Positions 12,361 to 26,030 of a DNA stretch of 64,000 nucleotides are shown here, one piece after another (the first letter of the stretch is position 1; each line of letters opens with the position of its first letter). The notes below the pieces were generated by a model. It worked only from the letters and a program-made list of their open reading frames with translations. It was not told where the DNA came from and did not search any database. Position numbers and translations under genes: made by a program. Source of the DNA: Octopus vulgaris (Eukaryota); assembly GCA_951406725.2 (NCBI GenBank), contig OX597820.1, positions 71,982,001-72,046,000 on the forward strand, given 5' to 3'.

Positions 12361-14133
12361 TATTACTTTTCCTTGCCCAATCCTTCTTGTCCAGAATAGC
12401 ATCCCACCAAAACACACTCCCTATTCATCTTTTCTTTACTGACAACATTTCAAACAGAATATCAAGCACATGAACCAGGAATGTCTAGCACAATCCTCTG
12501 ATGAAGAAGCTCCAACTTCAATACTGAGTTAGCCAATGTGCACCATGTTCATGGCATAACAGGAATAACCTAAATGTAATTTCTACCAGATTCCTGTAAA
12601 AACAGTAATGAACAACACGCATAGATGAAGAAGTTAAGACACTAAAAATAAACAACCAATTATATTGCAGTTTTGTTATTAGGTGTATTTATGACTCATT
12701 GTTAATGGTGTCCCCCATAACTTGTTTGCTTTTGTTTTTAATGAACAAAAAATGTATTGTTTTTGCTATGAAATGAGTAAGGAACCCAGCATTTCGTCTA
12801 GTAAATGAGCAAAGTCTAGACACTTTACAGTCGGGGAAATTTTTGATGATATTTATTCTTTGAGTAAGGAGCTTACCCTTATGCAGACAATGAGAGTGAG
12901 GTAGACAATTCAACTGGTGAAAGAGATGAGGTGAACAGGTGAACAAATATGATAGTTGAAAACAGGCCTATTACAGTTATCCTCCAGAGTTTGTGATTCT
13001 GCCATTAGTTTGCCTGCAATCGTTACTCTTGACCTGTATTTGCAACTATTTATTTTTTTGCTTAGGAACCCAGGTGGAAGAAAAAGTTAGACATAGTGTG
13101 AGAGGGTTAATACAAGATACTACTTGTTCAAAGCAGTTGCTACTAAACAGTGAAGTGTTTTGTAGACTAGTATTATGTGAGTCCTACAATGATAAGCAGA
13201 TTGATCCTCAGTTTTCTCATGAGAGTTTTTCTCTTGAAACATATTTAAATTAAAGTTGCTTTAAGACAAATGTCTTCATATTTCACTTTCCATTAATATT
13301 TAATTACTTATCACATGAGAGCACTTTGATAGTTAGCTACTCCCACACTGTGTTAAATACTAGGTCTTCAGTTGTAGTTTTATTGAAGTCTTTGGTTATA
13401 TATATTTTTCAGTTTATCATTTGCTACAGCAGCTTCACTGATTCATTTTTGATATCCGCAAATGTGTTGCTGTTATTTTACCCAAGGTTCACCTTCATTG
13501 AATAGATCTATGATCAAAAGCATTCTAGCCATGACCATCTTGTCTTTCATCAGATATTGCATACCCTACTTTAAGCAATGTGTTCTTTTCTTTTTTCGAT
13601 AATGTAAGGTATGATTTAAGAGCGGTTCAGTTATTATTTCTAGACGGTCAAACAACCACAAAATCTCCTTTCATTCATTACCCTTTGTTGGTCATTGGTT
13701 GTCATAGCCTTTTGCTTTTTTATTGTGTGTTTTTGACAGATGTGCAAGTATTTCTTAACTGACTCTCCATAGGATATATTAAAGCTAATATTATCTCAAT
13801 GTTTGTAAAAGCGAGTCAAAAGTTGAGGTTTACTTTTACACGGAATTTCTAGAAATGTCAAGATTATTTATTTGGAACTGACATATTAAAGTGTGATATT
13901 TCATATTTCATTTTGGTTTCTGATTTTCATATGTATATTATTTTCTTGTGTGAAATCTATTATCATACTAAATCTGTGGTTATATTCTATTATCTTTGCC
14001 TTCAGTTAATAGTATTCAGTGTACATAACTTATGAAGGATCTTATTTGAAACTCATATATCAGTCAATTTCTTTCACAGTAGTTTATTATATTTGTTCTC
14101 TAACATAGTTAAACTTTCATATAATATATATAG

Positions 14134-14180
<47 letters not shown>

Positions 14181-14771
14181 TAGATATAGATATAGATATA
14201 TATGTATATATAAAATGAAGAACTCCAGCAATTTGCTTAATAATATATTTTGTTTCTATTGGTATTGGCTATTTTGAAATATCTGGGTTTCATAATTACT
14301 GCTTTTCCATGCTATTCTTTCTATTCACAGCTGCATGCTAGGAAATTGTCTCCTTAACTGCAATTTTTATCTTATAACCTATATTTCAAGATGCCAAACA
14401 ATACATTAGTTCCACCCTGTCCACCTCTACATTTTTATCACTTACCTTCTGACAAACTTATCCATATAGCTTCTGGTTATAGATTTATGTTTTCTCATTA
14501 GTGATATATAATTTTATAGTAAATTCTATCAATATTAAAAGGATTTATACTTGTGTAAAATCTGTTCAGATTCTGAATTACTGTATTGAATATACTTTTG
14601 TTTTCCAAACTTTAGCTATTTTATAGATTATTTACATGATAAGAATTTTAGAAAGTTTGAGAGACATGAAGTAAATTACTTTTTTAATGGTGAAACTAAA
14701 GTCAATAAAGCTATAGATAATAGTGTGTCAAATATTGGGATAAAAATCCCTTTGGATGGAAAATAGTTAAA

Positions 14772-14843
14772 GGCTACCCATGGGACACAAACTCACATCT
14801 TTTGTAAACATTGCAGATATTCTAACCATTACACCAAAGTAAC
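14772..14843 (-). pseudogene. Degenerate tRNA-like sequence (tRNA pseudogene or SINE head)
   Basis: gttactttggtgtaatggttagaatatctgcaatgtttacaaaagatgtgagtttgtgtcccatgggtagcc: A-box-like D arm and a GTTACTT/GGGTAGC acceptor-like stem; inverted homolog of 15054-15125. Confidence 0.5.
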
Positions 14844-15053
14844 ATTTTGAATTTTTTCTCCACTTATTTAGAAGCTTTGTTCTTATAAGTGAAATTTGTA
14901 AATTGTTTACAACAATTTTAGAAACTTTGTGAGATGTGAAACAAATTATATTTTTAATAGGGAAACATAAAGTCAATAGGGCCATAAATAGTAGCAAACA
15001 ACTTATAATTATCTTTTCAAGAACAATGCTTTTTAATGGAGAAAATCTGAAAT

Positions 15054-15125
15054 GTTGCTTTGATGTAATGGTTAGAATGTCTGTCATACTTACAGAATTT
15101 GTGGGTTCAAGTCCCAAGATAGCCC
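15054..15125 (+). pseudogene. Degenerate tRNA-like sequence (Val-TAC-like anticodon arm)
   Basis: D-arm-like TGATGTAATGGTTAG; anticodon stem TCTGT/ACAGA with 7-nt loop CATACTT; T arm GTGGGTTCAAGTCCCA. The acceptor stem is imperfect, so it is not called functional. Confidence 0.55.
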
Positions 15126-15439
15126 TCAATTTTTTCCCATCTAAAGGTTTTCTTACCCAGTTTTGGAGAGTATCAAAAAGCATGGAGAAGGATAAAGAGG
15201 AAATGGCAATTGAATACCCAGTATAGCTGTTTCAAAAAGTCTGCCTCTTTGGTATGGCCAAAATTATGAGGAAAGTACTAGATACTTGAGAAAAATAGCT
15301 TGGCATTGTAGCCTGCACATAGCAAACTTGTTACTCATGCAAGACTCCAGAAATTCCAACAAAACCCAAATTAAAAGAATAATAATGATGATGATGATGA
15401 CAACGATGATAACAATGATGATTAAAATAATAGCAATAA

Positions 15440-15905
15440 TGGTTTCTAATTTGGGAAAAAGCCAACAGTTTTGACAGTGGGGGTAAGATGACACCATCAA
15501 CCCTAGTACTTTATGTTTTTGATTCTAAAAGGCAAAGTTGACCTTGGTAGAATTTGAACTCAGAATGTAAAGAACCAGAATGAATGCTGCAAAGCATTTT
15601 TCTGGTACTCTAGCAATTCTGTCAAGCCATTGCCATAACAACAACAACAACAACAATAATAATGGTCTCAGATTTTGGCACAATGCCAGCAATTTCATGA
15701 TAATAGGTAAGTCAATTATATCAATACCAGCGCACAGCAGGTATTAATTTTATTGACGCCTGAAAGGATGAACAACGTCAACCTCTGTGGAATTTGAACT
15801 CAGAGCATGAAGATGGACAAAGTGATGCTAAGCATTTTGACTAGTGTGCTAACAATTCTGCCAAATCACTGCCTAATGGTGATGATGATGATGAATATAA
15901 TAATG

Positions 15906-15952
<47 letters not shown>

Positions 15953-16353
15953 CTTTTCTACTAAAGGCACAAGGCCTGAAATTTTGTAGGAGGGGACTTA
16001 TCACTGCTACTTAATTTATAGACACTGAAAGGATGAAAGGCAAAGTTGACCTCAGCAGAATTTGAACTCAGATCATAAAGACAGACTAAATGCCACTAAG
16101 CATTTCACCCAGCATGCTAACAATTCTGCTAGCTCATCACCTTACTAATAATAATAATAATGATTTCAAATTTTGGCACAAGGCCAGCAATTTCAGGAAA
16201 GGTAAATCGATTCCATTGACCCCAGTACTCAACTGGTACTTATTTTATCAACCACGAAAAGCAAAGTCAGCCACGGTGGAATTTGAACTCAGAACACAAA
16301 GATAGATGAAATGCCACAAAGCACTTTGCCCAATTCTGCCAGCTCACTGCCTT
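15440..16353 (-). mobile_element. Four tandem SINE family B copies separated by trinucleotide tracts
   Basis: The motif gaatttgaactcag recurs near 15550, 15790, 16058 and 16279, each within a ~200-bp unit. Confidence 0.85.
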
Positions 16354-18272
16354 AGTAATAATAATTTAAAAAATGACCCCTTCATCATATCATTTGTGAT
16401 ATGTCTCCCCTAAAATTTTGGGGGCTGTAATTGCTCAGTTCCCCCACATTATCTCACTAGTTACCAGAACCTTACAGTGGCACAAAGAAAACCATTTTAA
16501 AAAATTAAGAATATTAGCATTCATATTCTTTGAAGGCCAAAGACTAGATAAATCAATACATTTGATGTTTAACTTGATTTATCTTGGTTGATATTTGCAG
16601 AGAGAGGCTGAGCTGTGAGGAAGTTCCAAGGAGTTACAGTTGAAAAAAGAAATCCTTCGTATTTAGAATCCAGTCTAGGGTTTTGGTTATTGCAAGAAGA
16701 GAATACAAAGGTGCATCAAATGGGCTTTGACTGGCATTATAAATAGCTTGCTAGCTCTGAGAAGTCAAAACAAGAAGAGCTAATGGCAAGCTTATTGATA
16801 GATGATAGGTTGTGGTGAATGATAGTTTGCTAATCAATAAGATGGCTTATTTTAGGAGGTGACTTAAAATGCTGTCAAGTGTAGCCAAGCCATTTCTCCA
16901 TCTCAGATATGTGAGCAGTACTTGCAGGCAAGCTCCTAAAAGTACAAATGTTCTTTTATCAAATAAATATTTGAAATTCCATCACAAATATTGCATTGCA
17001 CTGCATTAAGTACCAAAACCTTTTTCTACATACCAGGTACAGCCGTTTGTTAGGTTTATCAATAATCGTTGCTCACAACTTGCATTTTACATTTGTACTT
17101 TCAGAAACCCTTTAAAGAAAGCAAACATTGTTCCATAAAATTTCTTCATCCATTTCTGTTTACTCCTTTAGGAAATTCATTATATATCACACAAACAAAC
17201 AATTCTGAAAAAGTGTAGATTCCTTTTAAAGAGGCTAAATGTACATTTGACATAGATCTCATGCATATTTGAAATGAAGTAACATTTGCCTCAAAGAAAG
17301 CTATCACTTTTAATAAGTTCTACATGTAACATTCATAAATATTTCTATTCCTCACACGTTTCCAGTTAAAATATTTGGTATCAAACATTATTCTACAGTG
17401 CCATTCATATAACACATGGAAAGCATAAGAGCAAAATAAAGATTACACTCTTTGCTTACATTTACAAGCATTGCATTCAGGTTGTACAAAAATAAAAGAA
17501 CAAACAGCCCCTTAGTATAGAAGCAATATAGTAGCTTCATCACAAACTAGAACTACTCCTCTAATCTTTCTTAAAAATCCAAAATATTCTTCTGCATGGA
17601 AAATGATGCTAAAAGGCTGCATATAAGCTGAAGTAAGTCTACAATATCTCAATAATTTCTCTCTCTCCCACTCTCTGATTCTCTCACTCATTCTGCTGAT
17701 GGATGAGAGTTTGAGGAACTAGGTGTAAGGAAAGACTGTATCCAGGATTTATTCTCGGGAATCATAGAGGAGTCTAGCAGAGATGAGCAAAGTAACTTTT
17801 TGATGACTTTCTGATTTCTTAATTTATCCTTAAATCTGATGGTTTATCTCTGTAAACACTATAATATACATATTCATACCCAAAACTTTAAAACAGTCCC
17901 TGGATCTTATGAAAATATACGAATTTAATATTCATAACATTCCTTGTTTTTTGAGGAAGTTCCAAACCAAAGACTCCTCACATTACTGGTAAGCAACTCT
18001 ACATGCATATTCATAGTATCACATCAAAAATAACAAGGATCTATAAATATCTGTACTCATGATAAGCTAGCAAAATTTTCTTTATCGGCTCAGAGAGCTG
18101 CTGAAATTTCAGTACCATTTCTGTGCAAAAAATTCCAAATTCCACAATAAAATATTGGCTACCCTTCCAAAATATCGGTGATGTTAGTGTACCAAATTAA
18201 ATATGAACCATTTTATTATTGAACATATTTGTTCTTTGAATACCTTCCTTATTGGATAAACTAACACCTTTT

Positions 18273-18900
18273 CATCATCATCACCATCATCGTTTAACAT
18301 CCGTTTTCCATGCTAGCATGGGTTGGACAGTTCGACTGGGGTCTGGGAAGCCTGAAGGCTGCACCAGGCCCAGTCAGATCTGGCAGTGTTTCCACAGCTG
18401 GATGCCCTTCCTAACGCCAACCACTCCGTGAGTCTAGCGGGTGCTTTTTACATGCCACCAACACAGGTGCCAGACAAGGCTGGTGAACGGCCAAGCTCGG
18501 ATGGTGCTTTTTACGTGCCACCGGCACGGAGGCCAGGCGAGGCTGGCAACGGCCATGATCGGATGGTGTTTTAATTACGTGCCACCGGCATGGAGGCCAG
18601 TTGATGCGGCGCTGGCTACGGCCACATTCGGATGGTTCTCTTACGTGCCACCGGCACTGGTATCACAACTACAAATTCCATTGATGTTGATCAATTTCGA
18701 TTTTTGATTTTCACTTGCCTCAACAGGTCTTCACAAGAAGAGTTTTGTGTCCCAAGGAGGAAGGTATGCACCAGTGGACTGACTACGTCTCAGGTAGAGG
18801 CCACGGGTTATGGCCTCACTTGTCCTGCCGGGTCTTCTCATGCACAGCATACTTCCAAAGGTCTCGGTTTCTAGTCATTTCCTCAGTGAGACCTAAAGAC
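18273..18900 (-). mobile_element. RTE-clade LINE 3' end (ORF terminus, VNTR-bearing 3' UTR, (GAT)n tail)
   Basis: Minus translation LGLTEEMTRNRDLWKYAVHEKTRQDK*, then repeated gtggcacgtaaaaagcacc units and ggttggcgttaggaagggcatccagctgt. Confidence 0.8.
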
Positions 18901-19479
18901 CTTTTGTATATAAATATCCACAATAAAGTGTTGATTGTGTATGTCCACTTAATTGTGATTATTATATTTGAAATTAAATTGCAAAATAACATGTACGGAG
19001 AGCAACAAACCAATTGATAACAAAGCAGTTTTATATAATAATGAAGAAATAAAAGTTATATTTTTAATTTCAGATCACAAATGCAATGATATAAATAAAT
19101 AATTAAAGAACATCCTGTTCCCATGTAGCAATAAAACTGATTTTGCTCATATATGTCATTGTGCCATCTTTACTCATATTCTTTCACATAACTATTAAAT
19201 ACCTTGAACATAATCAGACTCTTCTTAACCTTGCTTTACTTACTCAATCTTTCACAAATCAACTTAGTGGCGACCCCAAACTCCTAACCACCAAAGGTTT
19301 AATCAGAATATTAAACTTCTTTTATTGTATTGAATTGAATTGGGTCCCAGCATGTCCTCTCCACCAACCATGGTCTGATGTGGAAGCTGTGAAATTGAGC
19401 TTGAGATCACACTGGTTTGATGAGCCACACTGGCTTGACATGGCTTGATGGAGGAATGCAGTTTTTCTACTCATCCCCA

Positions 19480-19655
19480 AGGGTAGTTAAGCCAATTACA
19501 TCGACCACACTGCTTAGCTGGTACTTATTTTATTGACCCCGAAAAGATAATAGGCACAGTCATCCTCAGCAGAATTTGAAATCAGGGAATAAAGATGGAC
19601 AAAATCTTGCTAAGCATTTCACCTGGCGTGCTAACAATTCTGTCTGCTCACCACC
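19480..19655 (-). mobile_element. SINE family B
   Basis: Homologous to the other family B copies. Confidence 0.75.
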
Positions 19656-22600
19656 ATAAGAATGAAAAGTGAGTAGTGGTGTGGAACTGTGGTGATTGCT
19701 AAATGCTGTTTTCTGGCCTAATTGGTGGATGCAACCTGTAAATTAATCTACATTATGTGCATAGGCATAGGTAGACTTTGCACTGCTTAGAATGGCCCTT
19801 AAGTTTGTTCTCCCTTCCTCTAAAAGCCAACATAATACACATACACAGTGCCACCCAGAGTGGACTGCTCTTTCATTCTCTTTTAGCTGTGTTTGTCATT
19901 ATGGGATTTATTATACCTGAACAAAATATGCATGCATAATTCATAATAAATAATAAAATCTTCACTGAAAGTTGACAAAGGATAGCTAATCATATCTCTA
20001 TTAGTAGAACATACAAAAAAAAATAGATGAATAAATGAAACAGGAAATTAATAGATAGGTATAAGCACTATTCCCACATATCCCCCACCACTCGCCATTT
20101 CCACCACTAATTCATTCATTCATTCATGCAGCCTGCTATGACTTTCACATGTAATTCTACACAAACATGATAGATTAACATGCATGACATACTGCCAGTG
20201 AAGAAAAAGCCATTTTATATATATATATGTGTGTGCGTGTGTATGTGTGTATGTGTGTGTGTATATATATTCATATATATATATATATATATATGTATTT
20301 ATATATTAATATTTGTGTTATCAGCAATTGTTCAATTATCTGTGGTTTAACTGACAAAAGTTTATCTAAAGATGCAACATTAAGCGGCCTGTTAAAAAAA
20401 TACCTGTTTAATAAATAAATACGCCCCCTCACACAAACTGCACATCCTTGCCAGTTTAACTAGCAGCCAGTAAATTCACTCCACTTCCTCCTCTACTATA
20501 TCTTTATATCTTTTCTGCTCTTCAGTTCTATCCATTTCATTCTAACCCACTTAAAATGATTACATAACTCCCACTGCTTTTCTCTATCTTTCTGCTAAAA
20601 TACAATATTAAATAGCCTGCTCAGTTTCTCTTTGATAATATCACTTTGTAAAATGAATGACTCATTTCAGAATAAATATTACCCACTTCTGACTTGTGTA
20701 ACTTATTACTGATCACTCTTTTACTCCGGATGTGTCCTCAAAGCTGAGAGTAGAACTCATATAGATACCTCATATCTTTAATGCAGAGAAAATTCACATT
20801 AAAAGATAAATTATCATATGTTTTGATTTCTCTGCTAATCTTCGTGAGTTTATCTTGTATTTTTAAAACTTCTTAACCAGATATATTGGAGCATTTTTGT
20901 AAAGCTTCTTTTCCATTTTGTTATCACCAATGAAATTTCTAGCTTCATTTTTAGTTTCGTTGTTACATTTGGCTGATTACATCTACCTTTCATAAAAGTC
21001 TAGCTAAGATTTTTAGCTTGTGATAACTGATTTTCCCAAGAGATAAGCTTTTAGAAAACTGGTTATTATAAATAACACTACTGAATGTATTTTATCTCTT
21101 TCTTTCCAACCTTTTAGCTGCATGAATTTATGTATATCTTTAGTTGTATGAATACATGTATGGTTTTCCAGAGTGTGTGCATTTGTATTTCTGTATTATT
21201 TGCTTACAAAATTATCTGTATATAAAACAGCTTTCTAAGTATCAGAATTCACAATTGTGTTTGTTTGTATTGTCATATCTCTTTGTATGTCTCTTTATAT
21301 ATCATATCTGTGTGTATATTACTTGAGCATGTTTAGACATATTGTTGCTTATGTACACCTTAGTATATGCTTGTCTACATACATAGATCTAGATTTTGAT
21401 CAGTAGATATTTTTATGGAATTGTGTGTCGTTATTTTGAACCTAATTTTGTGATTTGGCCACACATTGAATTTTTATTATTAAAGTCTCTGTATTACATC
21501 ATCTGGTAACATTTTCATTATTGCAGTATCTTCTTGTTTTTCCTCTCTTCCATTGGATACATTTACAGCCATTATTAGCTTGTTCACTGAACAGGAAGAC
21601 CAGTCTGCTTTTAGTTGGAAGTAGGAAGTACAACTGATGTCTCGTTTATCTTTGCTTGCTCTTACTTAGCACTCCGTACCAATGTAGACATAGTCACAAA
21701 AGAGGAATGGTATTTGCTTAGAAGAAAATACCAATTCCTAAAGACTGTGTAAAAAAAAAAGCAAAAAAAAAAAAAGTCATGTTGTGAAAAAAGGTTTCCA
21801 TTTCAAATGGGAAACTACTTAATGTTTTGAAAACAGTTATAAATAGAGAAAAAATACCAAGAGCATATTACATCTGGCAAAATACTTAACTTGAAATTGT
21901 CGATGAGGAAGTGTTGGAAATGACGCAAAACAATTATGCCTAGACACAAATTTAAACACATGCATCCAGACTGATACATATCCCCTCCCACACTTACTGT
22001 CTCGTGCACACCTACCCAATCCCACACACACGCACACCCACACACATGCATAAAACAGAGTGAGGTAAAAACAGATAGAAAAGTAAGTTTGTCTGAATAT
22101 CTAGTTATTTGTAACTATATATACTTCTGCTCTTGTACATGTATAAATGATAGATATGTAGAATCTGTGTATCTCTACATAAATAAAGTAATGATTTGGC
22201 AGGTAGTTTAGCTGTGATTTCCTTAAAAACCTATAACATTTTAATGACATTTTTATTTGCCATATTATTATTTAGGGAAAATAATTATAACTTAATTTCA
22301 ATGTAAGCAAGGTGTATCCTATTGTTCTAGATTAATTAAACTGAAATTATATTTTTAAAAATAGTACAAAAACAATCAAAACAGTTAAATTCTCCAGTTA
22401 ATTTCTGCATGTTTCATACTCTCATTTAAAAAGACATTTTCCAACTAACCAAATATTTATTTTTCTTTTATGGAAATGTTATGCAGTAATGGTTACTTTG
22501 TAGTTGTTAGGGATATCTTAATACAGGAGAACAATAATCCATAAATATACTGCTGCAACATTTTTAAATGGATATAAGGTCAGCCCTGCTGTGATATCTT

Positions 22601-23106
22601 TAGTTGTTTTGTTTTGTTTTTTTTTTGTTTTTTTTAAAAATTTCTATTTAGCTTTTGTTGTTGTTGTTGAGCATTAGGTCAATCCTTGTCAAGCTGACCT
22701 GTCTATAACCAAAGACAATTCAGTCATGGCCATCCTATCTTCTTATATGTATGTCAAACTAATGTATCTGATCTTACATAAAACAGTAAGATGAGATTTG
22801 AGGTAGATTTGGTTGCTATTGGTAACTGTTTTGAATGACCACATAGAAGTTCTCTTATTGACTCATGCTGCCACAGTTATATAAGCATCATATACTTTAT
22901 TTACTTAATTCTAAATCTCACTGTGAAAGTCAAGATGAATTTTGAGGAGTAACAAGAGATCTACTTGAAATATTTCTAATGTGGATGACTTTGTTGTTGT
23001 TGAATTCCATATAAGCCATGACTGAACAGACACCTATGACAAAATGTATTCCAGTTGTGACCATAACATTTCTTAGGATGGGGCAGGGGTGGGCATAGTG
23101 CATGTA

Positions 23107-23320
23107 CAAGGGGGTGCTGAAGAGTTCCTGGCTTTGGGTAGAAGAAAATACTGGGGGATCAATTAATCGTGATTTTATTCAACATATTCCGCTCTCAAAT
23201 TCGCACACTTATTGAACAGTCCTTCAGTTTTCCTAAGACCTGTAAAAGAACTTGGAATGTTGGGCCTCTAACCGGCCTTTGGTGATACCCTTAAGGCCAG
23301 GAACTTTTCAGCACCTCTTA
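23107..23320. mobile_element. mariner-type MITE
   Basis: TA-flanked TIRs caagggggtgctgaagagttcctggc ... gccaggaacttttcagcacctctta; second copy at 59846-60036. Confidence 0.8.
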
Positions 23321-23861
23321 TAAGTCTATCTTTTCCATATGTTTTCCTTCTTTAAAACAAAGTAAAATTTCATGATGTGGCTGCTATTTCTAGCGAATCA
23401 ATATGTGCTCCATGGTAGAGATTCATACCAGGAACTTGAATTGTATTTGCATGAATATGTAACCTGTGAATGAAAGTTATCATATGTCTTTGTATACATT
23501 TATTTATGATCACTTGTGGTTCATTGTATATAATAAATTAAAGAAAATTGGTTACATAGCAGAAATAGCTAGAGTACCATAAAATATTCCTTACTGTATT
23601 TGGCTCCCTTCATCCTCTGTGGTTTAAGTTTTAAATCCCTCTATAGCTGACCTTAACTTTCATATTGCCAGGCTTTATGAAATAAGTACCATATATGTAC
23701 TGCTAGGATCAGTTCATTCCACTAAACCTTCTCTCATAAATTTATGACCTTGTGTAAATATTTATTAATAAATTAGAAATTAAACTAGCAAGGCCATAGT
23801 CCATGGCCAAAGTCAGTGAAAGAGTAAAGAGCTATTCTTCTGTTTTGAAAAGATTTTACTA

Positions 23862-23919
<58 letters not shown>

Positions 23920-25639
23920 GAGAATACATCTGTCATCATCATGAGCTGGTTTACAAATGGACTCACTCCTTAATTCTAATACTTAAACCATGAAATGGAA
24001 GAGTAATTTATCTTCAGTGAGAAAGTTGTATGAGAGAATAACAAATGCTCGAAGCAAGGTTTAAACTCATTACTATTGTAATCAACCTGTACTCTAAATT
24101 ATTCAGTTATTCTCTCGTTTGGTTACTTTAACTCTTTTAATCTATACAATAATTGATGATGATGATGATGATGAATAATTATTTGGGATGTAGGATAGAC
24201 AAATTCCAGATTCTGAATAGGAAAATGTTTGCTTTAAATTAAGATTAAATGTAGGTTTTTTGGGGGGTTTTTTTTATCGCTGACTTGGTATTTAATTCTT
24301 ACATTAACATCAAGAAGGTGAGTATTTTAGGACTTGATAAGGTTTTAAATAGAAAAACTGATGAATTTCAGTCAGATAGAAATATATTATAGCTCCAAAA
24401 TAGACCACCACACAAATATAACAAATTTAATTTTCTAATTGTGCAGTATGACCTGCAGACTCTCTATTTGTAGACAAAAGTCAAGAATAATAAATTCACA
24501 GTTTTGGATAGGACGGCTTCTCTTGATATAAATCCATCTTCTTCGAGAAAATTGGCATAACAACAAAAATAAATGAAATCTTTGAAAGTTATCTCTTCAA
24601 ATAGTGTCCAATAAAATTTTATTTCCTGTTACTAGAATATGTCCTGATAACATTTAACATCTTTAATACATACTTTTGCAAAATTTTACATCATTTAATA
24701 CTTTCTCATCCTGTAAATTCTACCAAAAATATCCCTTTTAAAACATTTTTATCCCACTAAATAGGTAAGTTTAATTTGTTTGTTTATATGATTGAATATA
24801 CATACTATTTTAAGTATTCTTCCTTATATTTCTTCACACTTTTCTGATAATACTTATCTTTTTATTAAGGGAAATTAGCCTATTTTAAAATGTGTCTATT
24901 TTTACTGGAATGGAAATTTCGTGTGATGCAAGAACTATGAATCTCTGTAGCCAGCTATTCTCTCTGGAATGGTTGTAAATAATTCAACTTCATAATAAAA
25001 TTGCTAAGCCTATAAAAAGTACATTTTTAGGAAGCAAAGTTGTAAACATGGTTTTATATTTCTTTTAATAAATGGGTTTCTTTTTAATATATTTTATCTT
25101 TTATTTTTCCCTTGAAAAGAGTTTCTTTCTTCATGTTTCCATCTGTGCTTACTTTGTCTTTGTTTAACATTTTATCAGTTCTTTTACTTACATCTTTCTG
25201 TTCATATTGTGCTCTGAATTTCAAATTATATGTAAGAACTTCTTCCAAATTCACTTTTAATCTAGGCTATGCATTTCAGCTTTATCAAATAAAAAAAAGT
25301 ACTTTGTATTTTCACTAAGCAATGATCAAATGGCTGGTTTTGTTTAATTATTTAACCTTAAATTTTACATTTAATTATGAAAATCACTATATGTTTATAT
25401 TTCTTAAATGAGCTGTCATGTACACTATTTAGTCCTTTTTAAATAACAAGATTATTTGAATAAAGTACTACAGTGTATTTATAATCAAAGATTGGCAATC
25501 TTTGATTAGAAATGCACTGTAGTACTTTATTTGTTTAATTTACTCTAAGAAGCTATATTGTTTAACTGGAAAAGTTATTGCTTTTTTTAGTGCATATGTA
25601 CTCTATTGTATTTTCATGAAATATTTGATACTTCCTTCC

Positions 25640-26030
25640 TAACGATGTAGTTCAGGTTCAATACCACTGTGTGGCACTTTGGGCAAGTATCTTTTGTTGT
25701 AGCTCTGGGCTGACCAATGCCTGGTGGATGGATTTAGTTGATGGAAATTGGAAGATGCCCATTATGTGTGTGTGTGTGTGTGTGTGTATGTGTGTGTTTT
25801 GACATCATTTGATGGTTGTAAGCAAGAATCAGTGTTATACAAGCAATGTTGTTCGTTACCAGTCTTTCATGAAAAACATACCTGGCTTTGTGAAGCATTA
25901 CCTTACCTGGAAACAGGTGAGGGTTGATAATAGAAAAGGCATTCAGTCTTAGAAAATCTGCCTCAATAAATTCTATCTGATTCACCATGCAAGTATGGAA
26001 AAGAGAACATTAGACGATGATGATGATTTA
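25640..26030 (+). mobile_element. Chimeric SINE: family A head with an RTE-like tail
   Basis: ggttcaataccactgtgtggcactttgggcaagt head; after (TG)n it continues into gggttgataatagaaaaggcattcag...catgcaagtatggaaaag...(GAT)n. Confidence 0.6.

Noticed and set aside
14767-15226. Overlapping 138-aa and 96-aa ORFs
   Set aside because: No recognisable domain; the region is explained by inverted tRNA-like repeats.
17200-18200. Weak minus-strand resemblance to a hAT transposase (LLKVIAFFEAN; KFQQLSEPIKKILL)
   Set aside because: Too degenerate to support without an HMM search.
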